DNA from: an uncultured Elusimicrobia bacterium | GTDB taxonomy: Bacteria > Elusimicrobiota > Elusimicrobia > 2-01-FULL-59-12 | DNA length: 64,000 nucleotides | Direction of reading: 5' to 3' | Assembly (NCBI GenBank): GCA_964441955.1 | Contig: CAYTWA010000007.1 | Coordinates: 71,555-135,554 of the forward strand | In this document: positions 9,835 to 19,102 of the stretch, piece by piece | Position numbering within the stretch: position 1 is the first letter of the stretch | How the letters are laid out: every line of letters starts with the position of its first letter | Notes under the pieces: generated by a model | The model's database searches: none | What the model saw: only the letters and a program-made list of their open reading frames with translations | What the model was told of the DNA's origin: nothing | Made by a program: the position numbers and the translations under genes

Positions 9835-10080
9835 GTGCCAAAAAGACAAGTCGAACTGATTTTTCCGCAAGACCAGATCAAAGAACCGGTCATCTACAAG
9901 ATGGCCAAAGCCATCGATGTCGTTTTCAACATCCGCCGTGCCAAAGTCACCACCCGCACGGGCGAAATCGTCCTAGAGCTCGAAACCAAAGACGACGCCA
10001 CCATGGACAAAGCCATTCAATTCCTCACCACCGCCGGCATCCAAGTCGAACCGATCACCCACTCTACGTTAGAGTCGTAA
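9835..10080 (+). CDS. Small NIL/ACT-like ferredoxin-fold protein (GTG start)
   Basis: 81 aa. The sequence 'VVFNIRRAKVTTRTGEIVLELE' resembles NIL-domain proteins. It is coupled to the MoaD-like gene. Confidence 0.35.
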   Translation: MPKRQVELIFPQDQIKEPVIYKMAKAIDVVFNIRRAKVTTRTGEIVLELETKDDATMDKAIQFLTTAGIQVEPITHSTLES

Positions 10081-10165
10081 GCACGCGAGGGAATCCGGCG
10101 AATCCGGCGGTTCGATACGACACTCACCGGCGGACCCGCCGGCTTCCCTCGCTAATTCACCTCCA
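10081..10165 (+). other. GC-rich nested hairpin (outer stem gcgagggaatccggcg / cgccggcttccctcgc) between the NIL-like gene and recQ
   Basis: Inverted repeat visible in the sequence. There is no T-run, so it is not a canonical intrinsic terminator. Confidence 0.4.
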
Positions 10166-10206
10166 ACGAGGGAATAAAATTGGGCCAAACCACTCTAAGC
10201 CTCACT

Positions 10207-12045
10207 ATGAATAACAACCTATTGAAATCTGTTTTTGGGCATGAGGCTTTTCGACCGGGGCAAGAGCAATTGATTCTGGCTTTGAAAGAGGGGCGAGATC
10301 TTTTGGGGGTGATGGCCACCGGCAGCGGGAAATCGCTTTGTTACCAGTATCCGGCGGTGCAGCGCGGTGGGCGGTGTTTGGTCGTGTCGCCGCTCATCAG
10401 TCTTATGGACGACCAGGTGAATAAGCTAAACCTCTGTGGGGTGGCGGCGGCCACATTGCACAGCCAGGCTTCTTTTTCGCAGCGGCAAGAGGTCTTAAGG
10501 CGCTGGGCGGCTGGGGCGCTCCGGTTTCTTTACGCCGCACCAGAACGGTTTTCAGATGAAGCCTTTATGGCGGCCCTCGAGACGTCCCGTCCGGATTATG
10601 TGGTGGTGGATGAAGCGCACTGCATTTCGCAATGGGGGCATGATTTTCGGCCGGAGTACCGCACGCTAGGCCAGCTCAAAGAACGATTCCGTCTTCCCAT
10701 CGCGGCTTTTACGGCTACCGCCACACCCCAAGTTCAGGAAGAAATCGTCGCCAATCTTAAGCTGGAGCAACCCCTGGTTCGTGTTCACGGGTTTTACCGG
10801 CCCAATCTCGCCTTCTCTGCCGTTATGGAGGCAGGTGCCCGGCAGCGGCTGGAGCGGATCTTGGATGAAACAGATGGGGATGGCGCGGTGATTGTGTATT
10901 GTTCCTCACGTAAACGGGTCGAAGAGTTGGCGGAGGACCTGCACGAGGCCGGCCGCCCCGCCTTTGCTTACCATGCCGGTTTGGATGGAAAGATCCGCGA
11001 AAAGGCGCATCGCCACTTTCGAGACGACGCGCGCGTGGTGCTGGTGGCCACCAATGCCTTTGGAATGGGCGTCGACCGGCCCGATGTGCGCGCGGTGATC
11101 CACGCACAACTTCCGGGGACAATCGAAGCTTATTACCAAGAAGCAGGCCGCGCTGGGCGTGATGGCTTGCCGGCCAAATGCATTCTGATGCACAGCCCAG
11201 GCGATATCGCGATCCACGAATTTTTTAATCGGCAATCGGTGGAGTCGATCCCAGCGGAGCGCCGGGAAGCATGGGAACGGCACAAGCAAGAGCAACTCGA
11301 TCTCATGCGCCGCTACGCCTACAGCGGCAGCTGCCGTCAGCAGGCGATGATGGAATATTTTGGCGATGCGGAAAGGCTCACCCGCGGCTGTGGTCAATGC
11401 GACAACTGCCAAACGCCAGAGGCAGAGCCTGTGGATGATCACACGCAAGAAACGGTACGCGTGTTGTTGTCTGGTGCCGCGCGATTAGAAGGCCGCTTTG
11501 GCAGCGGCCAGTTGACCGATCTTGTCACGGGAAGCGAATCCCAGCAAATCCGTCGTTATGGCCACGAGAAGCTGCCCACCTACGGCCGCTTAAAAGACAT
11601 GAACAAAAAACGCGTCCAAGCGATGATCCAAGCGTTAGTGCGACAGGGCTATATTCGCCAAGAGGGATTGCGCTATCCCGTGCTGGCCATCACCGATACC
11701 GGCCGTGAAGTCATGCACAACCGCACACAAGCGCAGTTGGGAGAATGGGAACCGAAGCCAAAGAAAAAGCGTGGGGACGTAGGGGGTGGGGGAAAGAGGG
11801 CGGGACGTACTTCTTCAAAGGCTGAAAGTCCATTGCGTGAAGCGCTTCGAAATTGGCGACTCATGACCTCGCAGAAATTAGGCGTACCGCCTTACACAAT
11901 CTTTTGGGATCGCACCCTGGACGAACTCTGCGAAAGTCGCCCCACAACTCCGGGCGAATTATTAGCCGTTTGGGGCATGGGCGAACAAAAATGCCGAAAG
12001 TTTGGCGACGAAATACTTAAGCTGGTCGCCTCACAACCGAAATAA
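10207..12045 (+). CDS. recQ: ATP-dependent DNA helicase RecQ
   Basis: '[14 protein letters not shown]', DEAH '[19 protein letters not shown]', RecQ-C zinc cluster '[19 protein letters not shown]', and a C-terminal HRDC. A TTG at 10180 is an alternative start. Confidence 0.9.
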   Translation: MNNNLLKSVFGHEAFRPGQEQLILALKEGRDLLGVMATGSGKSLCYQYPAVQRGGRCLVVSPLISLMDDQVNKLNLCGVAAATLHSQASFSQRQEVLRRWAAGALRFLYAAPERFSDEAFMAALETSRPDYVVVDEAHCISQWGHDFRPEYRTLGQLKERFRLPIAAFTATATPQVQEEIVANLKLEQPLVRVHGFYRPNLAFSAVMEAGARQRLERILDETDGDGAVIVYCSSRKRVEELAEDLHEAGRPAFAYHAGLDGKIREKAHRHFRDDARVVLVATNAFGMGVDRPDVRAVIHAQLPGTIEAYYQEAGRAGRDGLPAKCILMHSPGDIAIHEFFNRQSVESIPAERREAWERHKQEQLDLMRRYAYSGSCRQQAMMEYFGDAERLTRGCGQCDNCQTPEAEPVDDHTQETVRVLLSGAARLEGRFGSGQLTDLVTGSESQQIRRYGHEKLPTYGRLKDMNKKRVQAMIQALVRQGYIRQEGLRYPVLAITDTGREVMHNRTQAQLGEWEPKPKKKRGDVGGGGKRAGRTSSKAESPLREALRNWRLMTSQKLGVPPYTIFWDRTLDELCESRPTTPGELLAVWGMGEQKCRKFGDEILKLVASQPK

Positions 12046-12831
12046 TGCGCGAGCGTTCGCAGTGGTGCAATGGGCGATTGTTTCGGTAATAGTGTGTTTA
12101 AGTTCGGCTATTGCGGTGGCGATGGTCCGAATGTGAGAGGGGTCGTTGCGTTGGCCGCGCTGGGTTTGGGGAGGTAAATAGGGGGAGTCGGTTTCCAAGA
12201 CCATGCGTTCCAGCGGCAGGCGGGAGACGTTTTCTTTGAGTTGTTTGGAGTTGGGGTAGGTGACGGGGCCATCGATGCCAAGCATGAAGCCGTGGAGCAG
12301 GTAGGCTTGCGCGTCGGTCCAGCTTCCGGTGAAGCAATGGATGACGCCGTGGGGTTTGGGCAGCGCGTGAGCGCCATTCACGTTGGGGAAGAATTCCAAG
12401 AGGCCTTTTTGAGTGTCTTCGTGGGCCTCTCGGCAGTGAATGACGATCGGTTTGCCGGCTTCCCGTGCCAATTCTAGTTGGCGTTTAAAGAGATAGTCTT
12501 GCTGTTCTTTGGTGTTTTGCATCCGGAAATAATCCAGCCCGAACTCTCCCACCGCCACTACCTTGGGATGCTTCAAGAGTTCTTTTAATCGAGACGAAAC
12601 CGTCGGCCATTCATTGGGGCCGACTTCGTGGGCGTGGTGCGGATGAATGCCTAAGCTCGCATAGACATCGGAATACTTTTCGGCCAACGCGATCGCCGCA
12701 TCCCAAGTTTCGGGAGATTCGGCGATTTCCACAAAGAGGCCAACGCCAGCGCTGCGCGCTTTGGCTAGAACGTCTTCACGATCCGCATCAAATTGGCAGT
12801 CCGCGACGTGGCAGTGGGTATCAACCAGCAT
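12031..12831 (-). CDS. tatD: TatD-family metal-dependent hydrolase/DNase
   Basis: '[36 protein letters not shown]' motifs. The track ORF carries a 68-aa spurious extension. This is the last gene of the tmk-holB-metG-tatD cluster. Confidence 0.85.
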   Translation of the reverse strand: MLVDTHCHVADCQFDADREDVLAKARSAGVGLFVEIAESPETWDAAIALAEKYSDVYASLGIHPHHAHEVGPNEWPTVSSRLKELLKHPKVVAVGEFGLDYFRMQNTKEQQDYLFKRQLELAREAGKPIVIHCREAHEDTQKGLLEFFPNVNGAHALPKPHGVIHCFTGSWTDAQAYLLHGFMLGIDGPVTYPNSKQLKENVSRLPLERMVLETDSPYLPPQTQRGQRNDPSHIRTIATAIAELKHTITETIAHCTTANARALFRL

Positions 12832-14351
12832 TACTTGCGAGGGAAAAGCGGGGCGCCGTGTTGAATGGCTTGGCCGACGGGAATGTCCAGAGCGGAGGGG
12901 TTGTCGAAGAACGCTTTGGCGCGTGTTTGCATATCGTCGGTTTGGCCTAAGCGCTGCCACACGAGCGGAGCGGTTTCGGGGAAGAAGGGAACCATGTAGA
13001 AGACAATCGCTTTTAAGCAAAGCGACACTTCCCAAAGCACTTCTTTAACGGCTTCGGGGGATTCTTTGGCGAGTTTCCATGGCGCTTTGTCTTCAATAAA
13101 TCGATTGACGCGGTCGGCGGCGGCCATCATCGACCCTAACGCGGCGTGAAATTGCAAGTGATCAAGTTGGGTAGCGATTGGTTTTAGATCATCCAGCACC
13201 GCTTGGGCCAACGCTCGGCCTGTTCCCGCAGGAACTTTACCATCGCAGTATTTATCCACCATATTTAGGGCGCGGGAAATGAGATTGCCTAATTTGTTAG
13301 CGAGCGCGGCATTGTAAGTGGTTTTCATCGTCTCTACGGTGAAATCGCCGTCGGCGCCAAATGGAAAAGCGGAAAGAAGCAAAAAGCGAGCGCCGTCGAT
13401 CCCATATTCTTTGATCAATTCCGCTGGGCGTACCACATTGCCCATGCTTTTGGACATTTTCTGGCCATTCACCGTAAAAAAGCCATGGGCGAACACTTTT
13501 TTCGGCATGGGCAAACCCGCGGCGATAAGCACGGCAGGCCAAATGACCGTGTGAAACCATAAGATATCTTTGGCCATTAGATGCAAGTCAGCGGGCCACC
13601 AATGGTCCACGCGCGGTTTGTCATCGGGATAACCGATGGCCGTTAAATAGTTCACCAGTGCGTCGACCCACACGTAGGTGGTTTGTGAGCGGTCCCAAGG
13701 CAGCGGAATTCCCCAGGCCAACGTTGCGCGCGAGATGCTGACATCGTTTACGTCTTGCTTTAATTTCCCGATCACTTCGTTGCGCCTCTCCAATGGATAA
13801 ATTTTGAAGTGATGGGGGTGATCTTCTTGGGTGATCGCGGCCAATAAATCTTCACGAAAATGCGACAACCGGAAAAAGTAATTGTCTTCGGACTGGACTT
13901 CCGGAGGTATCCGGTGGTCTGGGCAAAGTCCGCCAATTAATTCTTCATCCGTATAGAAGCGTTCGCATTGGACGCAATATTTTCCCTGGTAGCGGCCTTG
14001 AAAGATAACGCCCTTATCCCATAGCAGTTTTAAAAGGTGGTGGACCGCTCGCACATGGGCGGGGGAAGTCGTACGAATGAAGGCATCATTGGAAATGGAA
14101 AGGTCTTTCCATGCTTGCTGGAATTGCCCAGAGATATCATCACAATACTCCTGGGGCTCTTTGTTGTGGGCGGCGGCTGCGCGGGCTATTTTAGTGCCGT
14201 GCTCGTCGGTGCCGGTTAAGAAAAAAACTTCGTTTCCCTGCAGGCGGTTCCAACGCGCCAGCACATCGCAGGCCGCGGTAGTGTACGCGTGGCCTATATG
14301 CGGCACGTCGTTCACGTAGTAAATGGGGGTGGTGATGAAAAATTTATTCAT
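12831..14351 (-). CDS. metG: Methionyl-tRNA synthetase (short form)
   Basis: 'PIYYVNDVPHIGHAY' HIGH motif, zinc knuckle 'CVQCERFYTDEELIGGLCPDH' and 'KMSKS'. Real start is MNKFF; the track ORF extension is spurious. Confidence 0.9.
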   Translation of the reverse strand: MNKFFITTPIYYVNDVPHIGHAYTTAACDVLARWNRLQGNEVFFLTGTDEHGTKIARAAAAHNKEPQEYCDDISGQFQQAWKDLSISNDAFIRTTSPAHVRAVHHLLKLLWDKGVIFQGRYQGKYCVQCERFYTDEELIGGLCPDHRIPPEVQSEDNYFFRLSHFREDLLAAITQEDHPHHFKIYPLERRNEVIGKLKQDVNDVSISRATLAWGIPLPWDRSQTTYVWVDALVNYLTAIGYPDDKPRVDHWWPADLHLMAKDILWFHTVIWPAVLIAAGLPMPKKVFAHGFFTVNGQKMSKSMGNVVRPAELIKEYGIDGARFLLLSAFPFGADGDFTVETMKTTYNAALANKLGNLISRALNMVDKYCDGKVPAGTGRALAQAVLDDLKPIATQLDHLQFHAALGSMMAAADRVNRFIEDKAPWKLAKESPEAVKEVLWEVSLCLKAIVFYMVPFFPETAPLVWQRLGQTDDMQTRAKAFFDNPSALDIPVGQAIQHGAPLFPRK

Positions 14352-14362
14352 GATTCCATCCG

Positions 14363-15346
14363 TCATTCCCCGCGGTAGTAAGCGGGGGATCCAAGAGATG
14401 GGCCCCCGATAGTGGCACTCGGGGGTGACGACCTTTCTTTGGACAATTGAAGCAGGAGATTTTCGTACACGAGTGCCGGCTGGACGTTTTGCCGCAGCTG
14501 AGCCAAGGCGGCTTCGATTTGTTGAATGATATGGCGGGAGGCCGCATCCCCGCCGCGGAAAGCTCGGATCGCGGGTGTTAAAAGGTAGCGTAACTTTTGA
14601 TCGATTTCGCAGCGTCCCGGCCGCGAGGCTTTTCCCCGGCCTTCGGTTTTCCCCAGAATTTTCGCTGGGGTCATTCGAGGCACATTTTCCCAAAGGTCTT
14701 CCGCCTCCGCCGCCGCTTGCAGTTCTTCATCACGGCTGATGTGCAAGGCGCGGCCGGGTGATCCCAAGGCCAAGTCGATGAGTCGTGCGCGGTTTTCTTC
14801 GGGCACGCCGCAGCGTTTTAAAACCTCGATCATTTCTTTGTTGTCCAGCGCACCAAAACGAACCGGCTGGCAGCGCGATAAAATCGTCTGAAAAAGTCGG
14901 TCACGGTAGGGCGTTAAAAGGAAAAGTGCCGTATGGTCGGGCGGTTCTTCCAAAATTTTAAGCAGCACGTTGGCCGCATCCGGCGTTAGGCGATGGGCTT
15001 CATCCAAGATCATCACCTTCCATGCGCCTTCCACGGCCGTTTGCAGCAGTCGCCGGCGTTCTTCCAACACAGTTTCAATGCGCAGGCTGATTTGTTTTTC
15101 AATCGGTTCCTTACGGAGTTCGGCTTGGTGCGCCAGGTTGACCACGCGAACATCCGGGTGAATCCCGGCATCGATCTTGCGGCTCTCCTTGTTGAGCACC
15201 TTGGCCATTTCAAGCGCCAGCGTTCGTTTCCCGACACCGTCAGGACCATAAAACAATAATGGATGCGTCGTTTTTTTAGCCAGCCAACGCTGCGCCAGCT
15301 CTACCGCCATGGGTTGGCCGACAATGGTTTCTGCCAACGGACTCAT
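14363..15346 (-). CDS. holB: DNA polymerase III delta-prime subunit (AAA+ clamp-loader)
   Basis: Walker A 'FYGPDGVGKRTLA', 'ILDEAHRLT' and 'SRCQPVRF' sensor motifs. Conserved position between tmk and metG. Confidence 0.8.
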   Translation of the reverse strand: MSPLAETIVGQPMAVELAQRWLAKKTTHPLLFYGPDGVGKRTLALEMAKVLNKESRKIDAGIHPDVRVVNLAHQAELRKEPIEKQISLRIETVLEERRRLLQTAVEGAWKVMILDEAHRLTPDAANVLLKILEEPPDHTALFLLTPYRDRLFQTILSRCQPVRFGALDNKEMIEVLKRCGVPEENRARLIDLALGSPGRALHISRDEELQAAAEAEDLWENVPRMTPAKILGKTEGRGKASRPGRCEIDQKLRYLLTPAIRAFRGGDAASRHIIQQIEAALAQLRQNVQPALVYENLLLQLSKERSSPPSATIGGPSLGSPAYYRGE

Positions 15347-15966
15347 AATTTAAATCGCGCCTTCAAAATAGATTCAATTTGCTCTTGGGCTTTTACGAGG
15401 TGCATGGAAGGGATCATGCGAAATCGTTTGGGGTCTTGTTTGGCTAGAGCTAAATACCCTCGGCGGACTCGTCTATGAAAAGCAATCCCCGCTTTTTCCA
15501 GTCGGTCATGGCCTTTTTTTGCGGAATGAGCCCGCGCTAAGCCTAGCTTTGTCGGAACGTCCAGCAAAATCGTGAGATCGGGTCGAAAACCGTCCGTGGC
15601 GATGTCGTTTAGTATTTGAATCGCCTTGCGGTCCAACCCTCGGCCATAACCCTGGTAGACCAGGGTCGAGTCCGTGTAGCGGTCGCACAGTACGATAGCG
15701 CCCTTCGCTAAAGCGGGGCGAATAATTTGCTCCACATGCTGAGCACGGTCCGCCTCATAAAGGAAGAGTTCGGCCATGGGGGTTAAATCCTTCCCCGTGT
15801 TCAGCAAAATTTGACGAAATTGGCCGGAAAGCGGCGTGCCGCCCGGTTCCCGGGTAATCACTACGCGCCTTTTTGTGCGTTTAAGATAGGCCGCCATCAT
15901 GCGGATGTGCGAACTTTTTCCGCTGCCTTCCGGTCCTTCTAGAGTAATGAAAATTCCTTTTTTCAT
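15343..15966 (-). CDS. tmk: Thymidylate kinase
   Basis: P-loop 'ITLEGPEGSGKSS', 'DRYTDST' and LID region. Confidence 0.9.
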   Translation of the reverse strand: MKKGIFITLEGPEGSGKSSHIRMMAAYLKRTKRRVVITREPGGTPLSGQFRQILLNTGKDLTPMAELFLYEADRAQHVEQIIRPALAKGAIVLCDRYTDSTLVYQGYGRGLDRKAIQILNDIATDGFRPDLTILLDVPTKLGLARAHSAKKGHDRLEKAGIAFHRRVRRGYLALAKQDPKRFRMIPSMHLVKAQEQIESILKARFKL

Positions 15967-17644
15967 GATGGTTCGGCATTATACCTTGGGTTGTTATAAT
16001 CGCCGGGTGAAGCGATTTTTTCTGTTTTTCACCATTTTAGGCATGGTGGGTTGCGCTACCTCCCCCGAAAAAAAACCTAAGCCCGAGGACATTTCTCCCG
16101 CTGCCCACTCCGGCAAGGCGGCGCGGCATATGATCACTTTTGTCCCGCTGACCGATGACGATACGGCGTCTTGGCTATCCCTCTTTAGCCGCTACCCGCG
16201 CCTGCGGATGGTGGTTGCCTTGTCGCCCCGTTTCAAACAGTTTGATAAGCGTCCGGATTTAAAAGCCCGCCTAGACGAGTTGATAAAAGCGGGTCGCCTG
16301 GAACCGGCTTTGCAGTTGCCCAATCCCCCGCTGCTTCCGCTGATGGTGGACCGGTTTCCTGATGATCTTTTGCAGCTGGTGGCCCGTGCGAAAACCGACT
16401 ATTACAAGACCTGGAAAACATTTCCTGCGGGGTTTGTGGTGCCGTATGGCGCCATTTCACCCGCGCTGGTTCGCCAGCTCGAGCGCATGGGATTTTCGTG
16501 GGCCGTGGTTGCGCTGGGCGCTATGGAAACCGATCCCGTGTTTCGTTCCGGACCCTTGACGTTGTGGGATGCGGCGCCCTCGGTGGACCGTGTGGCCACG
16601 TTGGTTCGTGTGTGGGATGACCGCACCATGCCGATGGAAAACAAATTACGTAAAGGGTTGGACGCCTGGGCGCAGGAACTGGAAAAGAAAACCGATATTC
16701 AAGTGATTTTGCCTTCTGATTTCACGGTTCCTGCCGGAGCGTTACCGGACTATGCGGTGTGGAAACAAAAAACATGGGCCGCTTCCGATTGGTCGGCTTG
16801 GGTGGGATCACCGGCCAAAGACGCGGCATGGGCGCAGTTGCGTAAAGCACGTGAAATGTTGGAAAAATTTAAAAATTCCGGTCAAGCCTCCGTCAAACGG
16901 TTGGATATGGCCTATGAGGAATATTTCCAGGCCGCCAATGCCGGTTATTTTTCGGCGATCGGAAATGCGAGTCTGCCTGCAGCGACGTCGGAAGATCGTG
17001 AGCGAGAATTCAAAGCCACACTCGCCTCCATTTACAAAATCATCGGTCAAAACCCGCCCGATAATTTGTTTGAGACGGTGACACCCGTTTCATCTTCTCC
17101 ATCCTCTCTTGCTTCAACCAACGGTATTGTTTTTGAAGATCCCGTGGGCGATGATCGCGGCCATGCCGGCCCGGCGTTTGATCTGAAGCGTCTCGGCGTG
17201 GTCTCTTCTACAAGTTCCCTAACCCTCACCGTTCTTTTCGCGGCGACCGGGGAACCCCGCGTGGATATTTATATCGATTTGAATCAAATGGCGGATGCCG
17301 GTACTACGACGATGCTTCCCGGGGTCGGGTTAGGCGCATCGGGAACTGATGCGTGGGAATTTGCGGTTCGGCTTTCCAGCGCGTCGGCGACGCTGTTTCG
17401 TACCCAGCCGGGCGGAACTTTTGAGCCGGCAGGAATGTTTCCCGTGACAATGAAGGAATCGGCCTTGACCGTTTCGTTGCCTCGTGAGGTGCTCCGTGGA
17501 AGCCCCACACGTTGGGGCTATCAAGTCCTAACGCTTTCTACGGGGGTTGCCGATATGCTGGATCCTCCCGGGATGACGCAAGCCGCTTTCTTCGATACGG
17601 TTGACTCCGGGATTCGAAGTGACGTACCTTTTATACGCCGATGA
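15965..17644 (+). CDS. Lipoprotein of unknown function (possibly glycoside-hydrolase/deacetylase-like); start uncertain (ATG 15965/15968 or GTG 16007)
   Basis: Lipobox-like 'FFLFFTILGMVGC' after a positively charged n-region, followed by a large soluble domain. Confidence 0.4.
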   Translation: MMVRHYTLGCYNRRVKRFFLFFTILGMVGCATSPEKKPKPEDISPAAHSGKAARHMITFVPLTDDDTASWLSLFSRYPRLRMVVALSPRFKQFDKRPDLKARLDELIKAGRLEPALQLPNPPLLPLMVDRFPDDLLQLVARAKTDYYKTWKTFPAGFVVPYGAISPALVRQLERMGFSWAVVALGAMETDPVFRSGPLTLWDAAPSVDRVATLVRVWDDRTMPMENKLRKGLDAWAQELEKKTDIQVILPSDFTVPAGALPDYAVWKQKTWAASDWSAWVGSPAKDAAWAQLRKAREMLEKFKNSGQASVKRLDMAYEEYFQAANAGYFSAIGNASLPAATSEDREREFKATLASIYKIIGQNPPDNLFETVTPVSSSPSSLASTNGIVFEDPVGDDRGHAGPAFDLKRLGVVSSTSSLTLTVLFAATGEPRVDIYIDLNQMADAGTTTMLPGVGLGASGTDAWEFAVRLSSASATLFRTQPGGTFEPAGMFPVTMKESALTVSLPREVLRGSPTRWGYQVLTLSTGVADMLDPPGMTQAAFFDTVDSGIRSDVPFIRR

Positions 17645-19101
17645 AAAGTTGGCCGGTTTTATTTCTTTTGATGCTGGTCTCCTGCAAAGCGCCGGCGGGT
17701 ACCCCGGTGGCCGGGGGTGCGTCGTCCCTTCCCGTTCACCCGGAGGTATTAAACCTCCAAGCCTCCTTTACCAATGTGGCTGAAACGGTGAAGCCGGCGG
17801 TGGTTAGCATTTCGACCGTTCACATCGAGCAAATTCCCGAGGCCCCCATGTTTTTTTTCGGAGACCCGTTTGATTTCTTTTCAGAAGAATATGGAAATCC
17901 TTATCAGAGGCGTGACGCTCCCCGTCAACGGATGCGCCAGTTTCGACAAGAAGGCGTAGGCTCGGGGGTGGTTATTGATGCTGAGGGATTAGTGCTCACC
18001 AATGAGCATGTGGTTCGCGGTGCCGACGAAATTAAAGTTCTTTTCTACGATAAAAACGGTAAAAAAAGCGAATACCCCGGCAAGGTCATTGGGAAAGACG
18101 CGCGGACGGATTTGGCTGTGGTTCGTATTAAAGGCACAACGACGTTTCCCTTTGCCAAGTTGGCCGATTCCGAACAAGTAAAAGTAGGCGACTGGGCTAT
18201 TGCCATCGGCTCCCCCTTTGGTTTGGCGCAAACCGTAACGGCCGGTATCATTTCGGCGGCCCGGCAATCGCTGGCCATTGATGACCGAGAATACCGCAAC
18301 ATGATTCAAACCGATGCGGCCATCAACCGAGGTAATTCGGGCGGGCCTTTGCTCAATATTCGTGGTGAAGTCATCGGCATCAACACAGCCATTTACGCGC
18401 CCTCAGGCGCATTCGCCGGCATCGGGTTTGCCATTCCATCGAATCAAGCCAAACTCATTTTGGATGACCTCGTAATAAAAGGCCGCGTGGTGCGCGGCTG
18501 GTTGGGTGTGGAATTAGGACGCGAAATCACCCCGGCGATGGTCAAAGCTTTTGGTTTGCCGGATGACAAGGGCGCATTGGTGAACAGTGTCATGAAAAAT
18601 TCCCCCGCTGAAAATGCTGGACTAAAGCGCGGGGACGTGGTGCGGCGTTATGAGGGCAAAGAGATCGACGATGCGGCCGCCCTCCAAGCGCTCGTGTCGC
18701 AAACACCGCCGAAAAAGACGGTTTCGCTGGACGTGATTCGTGAACGCAAAATCCTTACGCTCTCCTTGACGTTGGCCGAGCGCCCGGACCAACTTGATGT
18801 GCGCGAGGCGGCGTCCCCTCGCTCCTCAAATGAAGCGAGGGATGATTCCGAAGTGTCCTGGGAAGGGGCACGTTTTGAAGCGGGTGAAGAAGGTGTGACA
18901 GTGACTACAGTAGATCCCAACAGCGCCTCTGCCGCGCTCGGCTTGCTCCCCGGCGATGTGATTCGTGCCGTCAATCAAAGACCTACTCCCGAACCCAAAA
19001 CTTTCGCCAAAGTGGTTAAAAGCGCCAAACTCTCGGATGGCATCGTCTTCGACGTCCTTCGCCAGGGCCGCTCGCTTTATTTAAGTTATACCCGCCCATA
19101 A
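17641..19101 (+). CDS. degP: HtrA/DegP-family periplasmic serine protease with two PDZ domains
   Basis: Signal peptide, catalytic 'TNEHVV', 'DLAVV' and 'GNSGGPL' motifs, and C-terminal PDZ sequences. Confidence 0.9.
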   Translation: MKSWPVLFLLMLVSCKAPAGTPVAGGASSLPVHPEVLNLQASFTNVAETVKPAVVSISTVHIEQIPEAPMFFFGDPFDFFSEEYGNPYQRRDAPRQRMRQFRQEGVGSGVVIDAEGLVLTNEHVVRGADEIKVLFYDKNGKKSEYPGKVIGKDARTDLAVVRIKGTTTFPFAKLADSEQVKVGDWAIAIGSPFGLAQTVTAGIISAARQSLAIDDREYRNMIQTDAAINRGNSGGPLLNIRGEVIGINTAIYAPSGAFAGIGFAIPSNQAKLILDDLVIKGRVVRGWLGVELGREITPAMVKAFGLPDDKGALVNSVMKNSPAENAGLKRGDVVRRYEGKEIDDAAALQALVSQTPPKKTVSLDVIRERKILTLSLTLAERPDQLDVREAASPRSSNEARDDSEVSWEGARFEAGEEGVTVTTVDPNSASAALGLLPGDVIRAVNQRPTPEPKTFAKVVKSAKLSDGIVFDVLRQGRSLYLSYTRP

Positions 19102-19102
19102 A

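Noticed and set aside
10906-11448. 180-aa minus-strand ORF (and other 60-100-aa ORFs) inside recQ
   Set aside because: Fully embedded antisense in a strongly supported helicase gene. Typical spurious ORFs of GC-rich DNA. The same applies to most short internal or antisense ORFs in the track (for example those inside the CPA2/kef-type antiporter, feoB, cpaF and the histidine-kinase gene).
12831-14693. Long N-terminal extensions on the track ORFs for metG, tatD, the kef-type antiporter, feoB, feoA, the histidine kinase, the OMP, lemA and hisB
   Set aside because: In each case a conserved family N-terminus (for example MNKFF..HIGHAY for Met[11 protein letters not shown] for TatD) begins at an internal Met. 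The extension would overlap the upstream gene. Downstream starts were chosen.
15964-15970. Divergent overlapping start codons of tmk (minus) and the lipoprotein gene (plus)
   Set aside because: Literal overlap of divergent starts leaves no promoter space. The lipoprotein more likely initiates at ATG 15968 or the in-frame GTG at 16007, so the start is flagged as uncertain rather than claiming a biological overlap.
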